IMG/VR virus record: IMGVR_UViG_3300037313_001714 | Location: 32,001 to 96,000 of that record | Origin: a virus | DNA: 64,000 bases | Reading direction: 5' to 3' (one strand) | Part shown: positions 36,503 through 45,225 of the stretch, piece after piece | Layout: every line of letters begins with the position of its first letter | How positions within the stretch are numbered: the stretch's first letter is position 1 | Translations under genes and position numbers: made by a program | The notes under the pieces: generated by a model | Told to the model about the DNA's origin: nothing | The model's database searches: none | The model's input: only the letters and a program-made list of their open reading frames with translations

Positions 36503-37738
36503 ATGCTTACCGACAACGCCATCAAGAACCTGAAGCTCGCGGAGTTCCAGCGCGAGAAGGTCGTCGCCGACGGCCTGGGCCTGGTGCTGCGCCTTCGCGA
36601 CGATGGTAGCCGCACCTGGATTTTCCGCTATACCTACAACGGCCAGCGCAAGAAGGTGGCGCTGGGTGCCTATCCGCAGATGTCGCTCAAGGAAGCCCGC
36701 ATCGCCCGCGACGGCCAGGCCAAGGTCCTGGAGGGCGGCCGCGACCCGGTGCTGCACAAGCAGCAGGCCACCCAGGCCAAGCGCGAGGCGATCACCGTGG
36801 GCGAGCTGGCCGAGGAATTCCGCAAGCGCTTCCTCGCGCCGCGCTACGAGCGCCCCGACGAGGCCTATGCCGCGCTCAAGCGCGATCCGGTGCGCGCGCT
36901 CAAGGCCTCGACGCTGGCGCAGGACGTGACGCCGGAGATGCTCACCAAGGTCTTCAACGCCATGGTCGACCGCGGCTCGAAGGTGGCGGCCAACCGCACG
37001 CTGGCGCTGACCCGCCTGATGTTCCAGTACGGCGTCGACCAGCACTACTTGAAGGCCAACCCCGTCACGATGCGCCCGAAGGCTGTCGGCGGGCGCGAGA
37101 CGGCCAAGAAGACCAACCTGCTGTTCGAGCAGATCCAGGACTTCCTCGCGGTGCTGGGCGACCTGCAGGTGGCGATGCATCCGATCACCAACGCGGCCCT
37201 TCGCTTCATCCTGGGCACCGCCAAGCGCCCGCTGGAGGTGGTGACGCTGGAGTGGTCGCACATCGACCGTGAGCGCAGGCAGTGGCTCAACCCGTGGCAG
37301 CTGACCAAGGACAAGCAGCCTGGCAAGGATCACCTGGTGTTCCTGAGTCAGTGGTCGCTGAATATTCTGGACGAGGTCGCCGCCATGAAGCTGGAGGGCA
37401 AGTACGTCTTTCCGTCGCCCCAACGCCGCGGCGACGAGATCGTGCCGATCGAGCGCCACGCGCTGTCGCGGGCCGTGCTGCGGCTGCACCAGGCAGGCGT
37501 GATCAAGCCGAAGTTCACCCCGCACGATCTGCGCCGCACCTTCGCCACGCGAGCTGGCAGCCTGAAGATTCCGCCGTACGTGGTGGAGAAGTGCCTCGAT
37601 CACGTGATGGAGGGAATGATGGCCGTCTACAACCACGACGACTTCTTCGAGGAGCGCCGCGAGGCCATGGACAGATGGGGCGCCAAGCTCGCGGAACTGG
37701 AGAGCTTGAGTGCAAAATCCCACGTCACTAGTGACTGA
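36503..37738 (+). CDS. int: P4-family tyrosine integrase
   Basis: Arm-binding N-domain (DGLGL.LR...W.FRY...LGAYP.MSLKEAR); catalytic R (TAKR), HDLRRT, LDH, VYN. Confidence 0.95.
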   Translation: MLTDNAIKNLKLAEFQREKVVADGLGLVLRLRDDGSRTWIFRYTYNGQRKKVALGAYPQMSLKEARIARDGQAKVLEGGRDPVLHKQQATQAKREAITVGELAEEFRKRFLAPRYERPDEAYAALKRDPVRALKASTLAQDVTPEMLTKVFNAMVDRGSKVAANRTLALTRLMFQYGVDQHYLKANPVTMRPKAVGGRETAKKTNLLFEQIQDFLAVLGDLQVAMHPITNAALRFILGTAKRPLEVVTLEWSHIDRERRQWLNPWQLTKDKQPGKDHLVFLSQWSLNILDEVAAMKLEGKYVFPSPQRRGDEIVPIERHALSRAVLRLHQAGVIKPKFTPHDLRRTFATRAGSLKIPPYVVEKCLDHVMEGMMAVYNHDDFFEERREAMDRWGAKLAELESLSAKSHVTSD

Positions 37739-37809
37739 TTTCTGACAAGGCCGCCGGCTATAATGGCATCATCGGCTGCCAAGCAGTCTCAGAGGAAAGC
37801 AGTAGCGCC

Positions 37810-38034
37810 ATGAGCCTCGTCGACGACCCCATCATCCGCCCGCGCCAGATCCGCGCGGCCACCGGCCTGTCCAAGCCGACCATCTACCGCATGATGGAAA
37901 AGGGCGAGTTCCCGCGGCCGATGAAGCTGTCGGCCGGCGCGGTGGGCTGGCGCCAGTCGACCATCGAGAAGTGGCGCGAAGAGCGCGGCCTGGCCGGCGG
38001 CGGCGAGCTGCCCGAGGACCCCAAGCAGCACTAG
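37810..38034 (+). CDS. alpA: AlpA-family excisionase / RDF
   Basis: IR...TGLSKPTIYRMM.KGEFPRP.KL...AVGW.QS.I..W. Confidence 0.85.
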   Translation: MSLVDDPIIRPRQIRAATGLSKPTIYRMMEKGEFPRPMKLSAGAVGWRQSTIEKWREERGLAGGGELPEDPKQH

Positions 38035-38270
38035 GCCCAGCGCGCGGCCTTGGGCCGCAGCACGGCCCGTTTCGTGGCCTTGAGCTGCTCCAGGCGCAGC
38101 TTCTCGGCTTTCTCGACCTTCTCTTCCGGGGTCAGCTCGCGCGAACCCCACCCCATCGGGATGCGTTCGGTCACCGTGCCGACGTTGCTGTTGATGGCCG
38201 TGGAGATCGTGACCGTGCCGATCACCACCACGTTGTGACAGGCGCACGTGGTGTCAGTATCTGGCGCCAT
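38031..38270 (-). CDS. Hypothetical protein
   Basis: Coupled ORF; last of leftward operon. Confidence 0.5.
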   Translation of the reverse strand: MAPDTDTTCACHNVVVIGTVTISTAINSNVGTVTERIPMGWGSRELTPEEKVEKAEKLRLEQLKATKRAVLRPKAARWA

Positions 38271-38488
38271 CACTGCAGCAGCGGCGAGCGCGGCGTGCGA
38301 CCGGAGCCGTTGCACTTCGAACAGCGGCAGCCGGTCTCGAAGTCCTCGCCCATGCCGCCGCACTGGTCGCACGGGCCGCGCAGGTTCTCGTACAGGCGCT
38401 CGAGGGCTTCCACCTTGCGCAGCGCCGTCTCCAGCTGGGCGCGGTCCTTCCAGTCCCAGGCGTTGCGGACGTCTTGCGCCAGGCTCAT
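38270..38488 (-). CDS. Small protein with DnaJ-type CxxCxGxG Zn finger
   Basis: CDQCGGMG...CSKCNGSG. Confidence 0.6.
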   Translation of the reverse strand: MSLAQDVRNAWDWKDRAQLETALRKVEALERLYENLRGPCDQCGGMGEDFETGCRCSKCNGSGRTPRSPLLQ

Positions 38489-39102
38489 GACCGCACCGCC
38501 TCGAGGACTTCCAGCGCCAGCTCGCGCGGGGTGCTGTGGTCGGCGCTGTCGATCTTGTGGTCGTAGAGGAACTCGCTGCTGCCGATCCAGCCCTCGTCGG
38601 CCATCAGGCGCCAGCCCACTTCGGTGGACAGCATCAGCGCCAGGCGTTCGGCATGGGCCTGCACGGCGGACTGGCCGATCAGCAGGTCCTCGGTCACGCG
38701 CTTCATGAAGCGCTCGGCCTGCTGCAGCGGGCCGCAGTCGACCCACACCGAACGCACCGGGATGCTGTTGGCGAGACAGTAGCTGCGAATCTGCGCCGCG
38801 CCCTTGGGTTCCACGACGATCACCGCATGCCCGGTCACCGCGTCGCGCTGCGCGATCTCCAGCGCCCGCTTGCTCATGCCGTAGCGCCTGCTGCCGAGGT
38901 TGATCACTTCGACAAAGTCGCCCTGCTCCTCCATGAACTCGAAGGCACGCCGGTCCACGAAATGGTAGTGGTTGCCGTTCTCCTCGCCGATGCGCGGGTG
39001 GCGCGTGGTGTGGCTGATGGCGCGGCCGCAGCCGAGGGCCTGCAGCTCGCGCTCGATAGTGGACTTGCCGGCGCCAGACGGGCCGGTCAGGGTGATGATC
39101 AT
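38485..39102 (-). CDS. gmk: Guanylate-kinase-like NMP kinase
   Basis: TGPSGAGKST, SHTTRHPR.GE.NG.HYHFV, YG motifs. Confidence 0.85.
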   Translation of the reverse strand: MIITLTGPSGAGKSTIERELQALGCGRAISHTTRHPRIGEENGNHYHFVDRRAFEFMEEQGDFVEVINLGSRRYGMSKRALEIAQRDAVTGHAVIVVEPKGAAQIRSYCLANSIPVRSVWVDCGPLQQAERFMKRVTEDLLIGQSAVQAHAERLALMLSTEVGWRLMADEGWIGSSEFLYDHKIDSADHSTPRELALEVLEAVRS

Positions 39103-39314
39103 GTGGAAGCTCCCGGTTCGGGGTTGGTGGGCGCTGCCGCAGTCTCTCGGGCGAGCTTTTGGGTCACGATGCGCAGCACGCCGCACATGACGGTGAAGGG
39201 CACCTCCTGGCCGTTGCGGTCCAGGATCTGCAGCAGCCCGCCGCGCGGCGTCTGCAGGTAGCGTTCGGTCCAGGGCATGGTGGCTTTCGCCTGCGCGAAC
39301 TGCTCGGGCGTCAC
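39099..39314 (-). CDS. Small hypothetical protein
   Basis: GTGA-coupled to ligase stop. Confidence 0.5.
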   Translation of the reverse strand: MTPEQFAQAKATMPWTERYLQTPRGGLLQILDRNGQEVPFTVMCGVLRIVTQKLARETAAAPTNPEPGAST

Positions 39315-40705
39315 GCCGACACCGCCGCTTCGAACTGCTCGCGGATGCGCTCCAGCGTGTCGGCGACGCTCTTGTCGTCGCGGATCTCCACCAGCACCGG
39401 CAAATACAGCGAGTGGTCCGGGTTGCTGTCGCTGGGCGCGCAGATCGCATTGCCCTCCACGGTGGCCACCTTGTCCAGGAACTTGTCGCGGTTGGCCCAG
39501 ACGTGCGCGCGCTGGGCGTCGCCGCGGGCGTTCACGTCCACCTTCAACGCGCCGCACTCGCTGCGCATCTTGAAGGCGCCCAGCATGCCGGTGTACTTGC
39601 CGTTGCCCTCGATGAAGCCTTCGATGCGCAGCTCCACCGGCACCTTCAGCTTCAGCTTGATCTGCTCGCGGCTGGTGCCGTCCTTCCAGATGGCGTGGTA
39701 TTTCTTCACCACGCTGCCCTCCAGGCCGCGCGCTAGGTTGGCCTTGTAGTGGGCCATCGCCTCGTCCATGTTCTTGACGAAGCGGCTCTCCACGATGCCG
39801 AGGTACTGGCCTTTGGCCGGCTGCTTGAGCACCTCGTTCATGCTCTTGAGACCGGCGCAGCCTTGCAGCAGCTGCAGGCACAGCCCCACCAGCCGATGGG
39901 CATAGGATTTCTTGTAGCTGCCCTTGGGCACGGCCGCCTCGAGCGGAATCTGGTCCCACGCCAGGAACAGCGGGCGCTCGTTGGCGGCGAAGTCGCCGCC
40001 CTCGCGAATGTGGGTGAACACGCCGTTGCCGTCGGCGCGGTCGATGATCTGACCGTCGCGCAGCAGCAGCAGCTCGCCGTGCAGCTGGGTGCCTTTCCTC
40101 ACGTACTGGCGGATCTCCGCGAGCAGCGGCTCGAGCGCCGTGAGCGGGTACTCGTTGCCCTGCCGGGTGCTGATGCGAATCTCGCCGTCGGCAGTGATGT
40201 CGATGTTCGCGTAGGTGCCGTCGGCCTTGACCTGGCTGATCGCGCCGTGCTCGAAGAACTCGTCCAGCTTGACGTGCTTCGGCAGCGAGCAGCGCATGTA
40301 GGGGAAGTCGGGCACGAGGCCCTTCCACACCTTGTTGACGGTCTCGGCGTCGAAGCCCGCGCGCATGTCCTTCGTGATGATCCGGTGCAGAAGCGATGCG
40401 CTCTTGGGCGTCAAACGCGTCTGCTCGGCCTCGATGGCGTCCAGCGCCGCGGTGCCGGACAGTCTGCGGCTGGCCAGCTTCTCGAGCATCAGCCAGGTGT
40501 TCTCGGCGGTGAAGTGACCGGTGCCGTGCCGCGTGACCGCGCGCATCTTGCGCACGCCGTAAGTGGTGAGCGGGTGGTAGGCGTGCTTCAACACCGTCAT
40601 GAGGTGGTCATCCTCCTCGTACGCCGCGAGCAGCGCGATCTTGACGTTCTTGCCGCTGTTGGCGGCCACCTGCTCGATCAGATCGAAGATTTCGTCCGAT
40701 GTCAT
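39311..40705 (-). CDS. lig: ATP-dependent DNA ligase (phage type)
   Basis: QVKADG (KxDG), LHGEL, EGSVVK, KLK motifs; OB-fold C-terminus. Confidence 0.92.
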   Translation of the reverse strand: MTSDEIFDLIEQVAANSGKNVKIALLAAYEEDDHLMTVLKHAYHPLTTYGVRKMRAVTRHGTGHFTAENTWLMLEKLASRRLSGTAALDAIEAEQTRLTPKSASLLHRIITKDMRAGFDAETVNKVWKGLVPDFPYMRCSLPKHVKLDEFFEHGAISQVKADGTYANIDITADGEIRISTRQGNEYPLTALEPLLAEIRQYVRKGTQLHGELLLLRDGQIIDRADGNGVFTHIREGGDFAANERPLFLAWDQIPLEAAVPKGSYKKSYAHRLVGLCLQLLQGCAGLKSMNEVLKQPAKGQYLGIVESRFVKNMDEAMAHYKANLARGLEGSVVKKYHAIWKDGTSREQIKLKLKVPVELRIEGFIEGNGKYTGMLGAFKMRSECGALKVDVNARGDAQRAHVWANRDKFLDKVATVEGNAICAPSDSNPDHSLYLPVLVEIRDDKSVADTLERIREQFEAAVSA

Positions 40706-41319
40706 TTGCCTTCCTTCTTGAGTGCGGCGAGCCGCATGGCGCGGGCGCGCGGGGTTTCACCTGGCAGCGCGGCCAGTGGTGCGAATGCCTTGTGGGCGCC
40801 TTCCTTCGAGAAGGCGGGTTCGGTCGCAATCGCCGTGTGCAGGTCGATCTCCTCTTTCGAGAGGCCCGACGCGGCCTGGGCCTGCTTCAGCTCGGCGTTG
40901 ATCGCGTCCGCGAAGCCGCCGGTGTCGATGTGTCCGGTGCGCTTGTCGGGCACCTTCACGTGCTCGCTGTGGTACGGGTCCGCGCGCTGCGCGATGTCCT
41001 TTTCTGCGCGGTTCGCATCGGTGGGCTCGCGACTCCAGGCGGGCGCACGCACCGCGTTGCCGGCGGTGTCGCGCGGCAGAAAGTACAGCGCCTCGCCAGC
41101 GAGTTCTTCGGTCTGGCGCATGGTCACGGCCTGGCAGGTGCCCAGCCGGATCGCTTCGTTGCAGGCGGGCCAGACCTCGCGCGCCCTGCCCTCCTTGACC
41201 AGGCGCATCTTGTCCAGGCACGCGGCGTAGGCCGGGTTGTGCTCGGTGATGCGGCAGTGCCCGAGGTAGTAGGCGTTCTTGCCGGACAGCGACGCCGAGA
41301 GTGGGTGCTTGTCGCTCAT
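40702..41319 (-). CDS. Hypothetical protein with Cys/His N-domain
   Basis: MSDKHPLSAS...GKNAYY..HC...C...C...C. Confidence 0.65.
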   Translation of the reverse strand: MSDKHPLSASLSGKNAYYLGHCRITEHNPAYAACLDKMRLVKEGRAREVWPACNEAIRLGTCQAVTMRQTEELAGEALYFLPRDTAGNAVRAPAWSREPTDANRAEKDIAQRADPYHSEHVKVPDKRTGHIDTGGFADAINAELKQAQAASGLSKEEIDLHTAIATEPAFSKEGAHKAFAPLAALPGETPRARAMRLAALKKEGK

Positions 41320-41498
41320 AGCAGTCCCGCCAACGTGAGCGCCTTCTCGACCACCAGATACAGCGACCAAAGGCCGCCCGTGAAGATGGCGAAGGTGGTC
41401 GACCAGAAGCCGTGTGCGAGCACGATGCCCGCCACCCACATGACGAGGTAGGCCACACTGAGCACGCTCTCCACGAGCACAGTTGCAAATCGAATCAT
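41316..41498 (-). CDS. Small membrane protein
   Basis: MIRFATVLVES...; TGATG coupling. Confidence 0.6.
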   Translation of the reverse strand: MIRFATVLVESVLSVAYLVMWVAGIVLAHGFWSTTFAIFTGGLWSLYLVVEKALTLAGLL

Positions 41499-41992
41499 CA
41501 GAAAGTCCCCCATGCATCGCCGCGGTCGACGGTCTCGTCGAACACGGGTTCAGCCTTCGTCACCGGTGACGTATCCGTAGCGGCCATAGTGATGCCGCCA
41601 ATCCATTTCGTGATCTGGTTCACCAAGTCCGAGCTGGCGTAGTGATGCTGAACTTTCTCCAGCACCTCGGACGGCTTGTGCACGTTGTCGCCCGACATCT
41701 GGTGCAGGCTATGGGTGGTGGGCACCACCTTGTAGCCCTTGGTCGAGGACATCTTTTGCTTGAGGATCTTCTTGCGCTCGCCTTCGCACAGCATCAGCGT
41801 GCCGCTGTGAACTTGGCAGTCCTTGCCGCCAGTGTTGGCATGGGCCCACGGGCCCCAGCGCTTGATCAGCATGGCGCCGGTGCACTCACTCTCGCCTCTG
41901 AAGTTGATCTCGATCTTCTTCAGCAGGACGGTCTCGTAGAACTTCGTGCCGCCTTCGTGCCGCAGAAAGTAGGTCTCGACTTGGATGCCCAT
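41498..41992 (-). CDS. WGR-domain-like protein ending AWGTF
   Basis: TKFYE...LIKRWG......G...........K...KM..TKGY pattern. Confidence 0.6.
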   Translation of the reverse strand: MGIQVETYFLRHEGGTKFYETVLLKKIEINFRGESECTGAMLIKRWGPWAHANTGGKDCQVHSGTLMLCEGERKKILKQKMSSTKGYKVVPTTHSLHQMSGDNVHKPSEVLEKVQHHYASSDLVNQITKWIGGITMAATDTSPVTKAEPVFDETVDRGDAWGTF

Positions 41993-42080
41993 GGGGGTGT
42001 CTGGTGCGTGCGCGATGCCCGCGCGTGATGGTTGAATTTTACTGAGACCGTCAGGAAAAACAAGTCATCGGTGACTCTTC

Positions 42081-43178
42081 CTATGAGGCAGACGCAGCGA
42101 GCTTGGCGCAGCGCATGCGCAGCTCGATGGCGCTGGTCGGGTTGATCACCCGGGCCTTCCAGTAGGCGTCGCGCACCACCTGCGGGGCGACCTCGTTGGG
42201 GTCCTTGTCCGCGGGCAGCTCCGCCAGGCGCGCCTTCAGGCCGATGCCGTGACACAGCAGGCCCGCGCTGATCGCCGCTTCCAGCGCCGCGGGCTCGCCG
42301 TCCCACATGAAGGTGATGATCTGCAGCCCGAGCGCCTGCAGCTGCTGCAGCTTGGCGAGCTGGCTGTCGGCATCGCCGCTCGACAGGTGCTTGCCGAAGG
42401 TGCCGATCGGCACCACGTGGCGCGTCTGCAGGCTGCCGTCCAGCGCGAACTTGATGGCCGCCACGTCGAACACGCCCTCGCCCGCGCAGACCTCGCGCGC
42501 GCCGACCGCGTTGTGGCCGTTGTAGAGGATCGAGCCGGTGCTGGCGAACCCCGGCGGGAACAGGTACTTCTTGTCGGCGCTGCCGGTGATGTCGCGCCCC
42601 TGGAATGAGGCGAGCTGGCCGTCCAGGTTGAACACCGGGATGATGACGCGCCGGCTGTAGTCCTGGAAGCGCTTGCGCCCGCCCTCCTCCCACCAGAACT
42701 TGCCGTCATGGCAGTAGCGCAGCCCGAAGTAGCGCGCCAGCTCGCCGCCGATGTTGCGGTTGTCCAGGTACTTCAGGTTTCGGCCATTCACTGGCAGCGC
42801 GACCGACTTGGGCAGTTTCAGCGGACCATGCTCGACCGTCGGGGCGGCAGCCAGTTTCGGCGGCTGCCAGCCCTGCTCGCGCGCGGAGGCCTTGACGTTC
42901 TCCACCGTGGCACGGTTGTCGCCGCCCATGTAGGCCTTCATGAAGCTCCACTTGTTGAAGCCCTGGCCATCGCAGTCGCCTGAGAAGCAGTTGCCAAAGC
43001 CTGTGTCCAGCCCGAAGTAGACCTTCCACTTGGTGCTGCCGCAGCGGGGGCACTCGCGGATGTTGGCCTGCCGGCCGTGGTGGCCGCGTGTGACCTTGTA
43101 GCGGATGCCCTCGCGATCGAGCCACTGCTCGAAGTCCAGGGTGTCCAGCGCCTCCTGCAGCTCGGCGTTGCCGCTCAT
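42081..43178 (-). CDS. dnaG: DNA primase (Zn-binding + TOPRIM)
   Basis: CPRCG...C...C Zn finger; RVIIP, QGR, KYL; AGEGVFDVA and MWDGE TOPRIM. Confidence 0.85.
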   Translation of the reverse strand: MSGNAELQEALDTLDFEQWLDREGIRYKVTRGHHGRQANIRECPRCGSTKWKVYFGLDTGFGNCFSGDCDGQGFNKWSFMKAYMGGDNRATVENVKASAREQGWQPPKLAAAPTVEHGPLKLPKSVALPVNGRNLKYLDNRNIGGELARYFGLRYCHDGKFWWEEGGRKRFQDYSRRVIIPVFNLDGQLASFQGRDITGSADKKYLFPPGFASTGSILYNGHNAVGAREVCAGEGVFDVAAIKFALDGSLQTRHVVPIGTFGKHLSSGDADSQLAKLQQLQALGLQIITFMWDGEPAALEAAISAGLLCHGIGLKARLAELPADKDPNEVAPQVVRDAYWKARVINPTSAIELRMRCAKLAASAS

Positions 43179-43336
43179 AGCCGGTGCTGCTCCAGAATTT
43201 CGCGCAGATGCCGCGACAGCGCGATCAGCTCGGTGACGCACCGCGCGCGCCGCACCAGCGTGCGCATGCACTCATGCCACAGCAGCAGCATGGCTGCGAA
43301 CCAGCAGAAAACGCCCAGCATGAACAGCGGCAGCAT
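43175..43336 (-). CDS. Small membrane peptide (not in ORF track)
   Basis: MLPLFMLGVFCWFAAMLLLWHEC...; ATGA-coupled to primase. Confidence 0.5.
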   Translation of the reverse strand: MLPLFMLGVFCWFAAMLLLWHECMRTLVRRARCVTELIALSRHLREILEQHRL

Positions 43337-43339
43337 CGT

Positions 43340-44797
43340 CTACTCCACCTTGATGATCGAGCGGATGAACACCATCCGCGCGATGTCCTGCTTCACGTGC
43401 ACCGTGAAGCCCGACTCCTGGTTGCGGCTGGCCATGAAGTACAGGCGCGCCTCGTTGTTGGCGCGTTCCTCGTCGGTGATGTTGATGCCGATCATCAGGT
43501 CCACCGTGCGCACCTTGTTGATGTCGTCGGCGATGTCGCCCATCTTGGCCACCGTGGCCTTGATGCCGTCGCGGTTGATGGCCGTGGCTGTGAGCATCGC
43601 GACGTCTTCGTCGTTGGCGATCGCGCGCAGGTCGATCCAGATCCAGGTCATGCGGCCCTTGTCGCCGTCGTAGGGCCGGTCGCTGTCCATGATGTCGGCG
43701 TAGTCGACCACCACGAGGTCGAACTTGATGGCGGGAATCGTCTCGCCGTTGACGACCTGCGGCGCCTTGTAGCGCTCGATCAGCGCGCGCAGCATGGAGG
43801 GCTTCAGCGTGCCGCTCGAGTATTCGTGGATCTGCAGCGCGCCGGCCTTGGCGGCCAGCGCCCGCACCTTGGACTCGACGTCGTGGATGCGGGTGCCGAC
43901 CTCCTTCATCAGGGTGTCGGTGACGCTCGCGTCGGCGCGGTCGGCGATGATGTCCTTCGCGACCTCGCAGGTGGCGTACAGCACGTTGTGGCCACCCAGG
44001 CTGGCGGCCTTCGCGAAGTTCAGCAGGGCCGTCGTCTTGCCCACCTTGGGGCCACCCGACAGCGCCGACAGCTCGCGCTTGCCCCAGCCCTTGTGATACA
44101 GCAGCTGGTCGAGCTGGTAGATGCCGGTGGTCACGCCCGTGGGCGGCAGCACCCCGGCGAGCCGATCCTGGCGGCGCTTGGTGCGCTCGCCGATCTTGGT
44201 CCAGTAGTTGTAGCTCTCGCCGTCGGCGTTCACCGCGACAGCCATCGCCGCCTGCATGTCACGCTCGATCAGGTCGAAGCGCCCCTTCTCGCGGTGCCCC
44301 ACCGCGCGCAGCAGCGCCTCGCCCATCGCCTGGTAGCGCGCGAAGGTGGCGACCTCCTGCGCGAAGTAGTCGCCGTTGGACAGGTCCGGGTTGTCGATGT
44401 AGACCGCGAGCACCGCGTCCTTCAGGGGCTGCTGCACCTCCGCGCGCAGCCGCTTCTTGGCTTTCCAGTCGCGGATCACCTGATACAGCGCGACCTTGTT
44501 GGGCTGGCTGCCGTAGGTCTTCCAGAACTCCAGCACCATCGCGACCAGCGCCGCCTCGCCCACGTTCTCGAAGTATTCGGGCCGCAGGATGTGGCCGACC
44601 TTGCGCATGAACGAAGCGTCGCGCGCGACGTGGCGCACGATCTGGGTCTGGAAGTCCGCGTCGAAGCTGAAGTGATCGACCTCGCCATCAGCGGGCGTCG
44701 CCGGCGCGGGTGCAGAGGCAGCAGGAGCGGCCGCAGCCGCTCCGGTGTAGGTCTCGCCGATCAGCGTCGCAACCGACGCTTCAGCAGCCGAGGTCAT
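43340..44797 (-). CDS. dnaB: Replicative DnaB/gp41-like SF4 helicase
   Basis: GGPKVGKT Walker A; VVVDYAD; TATAINR; SRN. Confidence 0.88.
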   Translation of the reverse strand: MTSAAEASVATLIGETYTGAAAAAPAASAPAPATPADGEVDHFSFDADFQTQIVRHVARDASFMRKVGHILRPEYFENVGEAALVAMVLEFWKTYGSQPNKVALYQVIRDWKAKKRLRAEVQQPLKDAVLAVYIDNPDLSNGDYFAQEVATFARYQAMGEALLRAVGHREKGRFDLIERDMQAAMAVAVNADGESYNYWTKIGERTKRRQDRLAGVLPPTGVTTGIYQLDQLLYHKGWGKRELSALSGGPKVGKTTALLNFAKAASLGGHNVLYATCEVAKDIIADRADASVTDTLMKEVGTRIHDVESKVRALAAKAGALQIHEYSSGTLKPSMLRALIERYKAPQVVNGETIPAIKFDLVVVDYADIMDSDRPYDGDKGRMTWIWIDLRAIANDEDVAMLTATAINRDGIKATVAKMGDIADDINKVRTVDLMIGINITDEERANNEARLYFMASRNQESGFTVHVKQDIARMVFIRSIIKVE

Positions 44798-45165
44798 TGG
44801 ATGGTTTCCTCACCGGTGACTTTAGAAGCCGGACGCACTGCGGGCCGGAACTCGCTGATGTCATGCTTGAAGATGACGCGGTCGGCGCCGGTGGCCTGGC
44901 AGCGCAGGGTCACGGTGTACTTGTCGCTGCACTTGACGGTGCCGCGCAGCAGGGTGCGGCTGCCGATCTTCTCGATGATGATTTCCGTCCCGCTCGCTTC
45001 CAGCTGTTTCAGGAACGCCTCGTGCCCCTTGGGCTTGACTTTGTCCTTCGGTGCCCCGCGCGTGAGGATCGGGCGCCTGGTGCGCTCCTCGCGGGCCATG
45101 CGCGCGCCCTCCTGCTGCTGCTCGCGTCGCACGTTCTGAAAATCGTCGGAGATTCGGTCTTGCAT
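44794..45165 (-). CDS. Hfq/Sm-like protein with basic N-terminal extension
   Basis: HEAFL..L...L.G.V...DKYTVTL...VIFKHDIS aligns with Hfq Sm1/Sm2 (QDPFL...L.G.I..FDQFVILL...VYKHAIS). Confidence 0.7.
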   Translation of the reverse strand: MQDRISDDFQNVRREQQQEGARMAREERTRRPILTRGAPKDKVKPKGHEAFLKQLEASGTEIIIEKIGSRTLLRGTVKCSDKYTVTLRCQATGADRVIFKHDISEFRPAVRPASKVTGEETIQ

Positions 45166-45225
45166 GGGGCATCGTCCTTGTGGCGGGGCCGCGGTGCCCG
45201 AATAACTCGGGCTGATCGCGACTCA

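Noticed and set aside
276-39102. DNA hypermodification pathway (two NMP kinases, Nmad5-like, cupin, thyX)
   Set aside because: No hallmark enzymes (dNMP hydroxymethylase, glycosyltransferase, aGPT-PPlase, Que/Dpd, PurZ) were recognised in this window.
11709-44797. Inteins or introns in nrdJ, dnaE, recA, dnaB
   Set aside because: Protein lengths are normal, conserved motifs are contiguous (e.g. FAGYGFNRSH uninterrupted), and no C...HN-C/S splice signatures were noticed.
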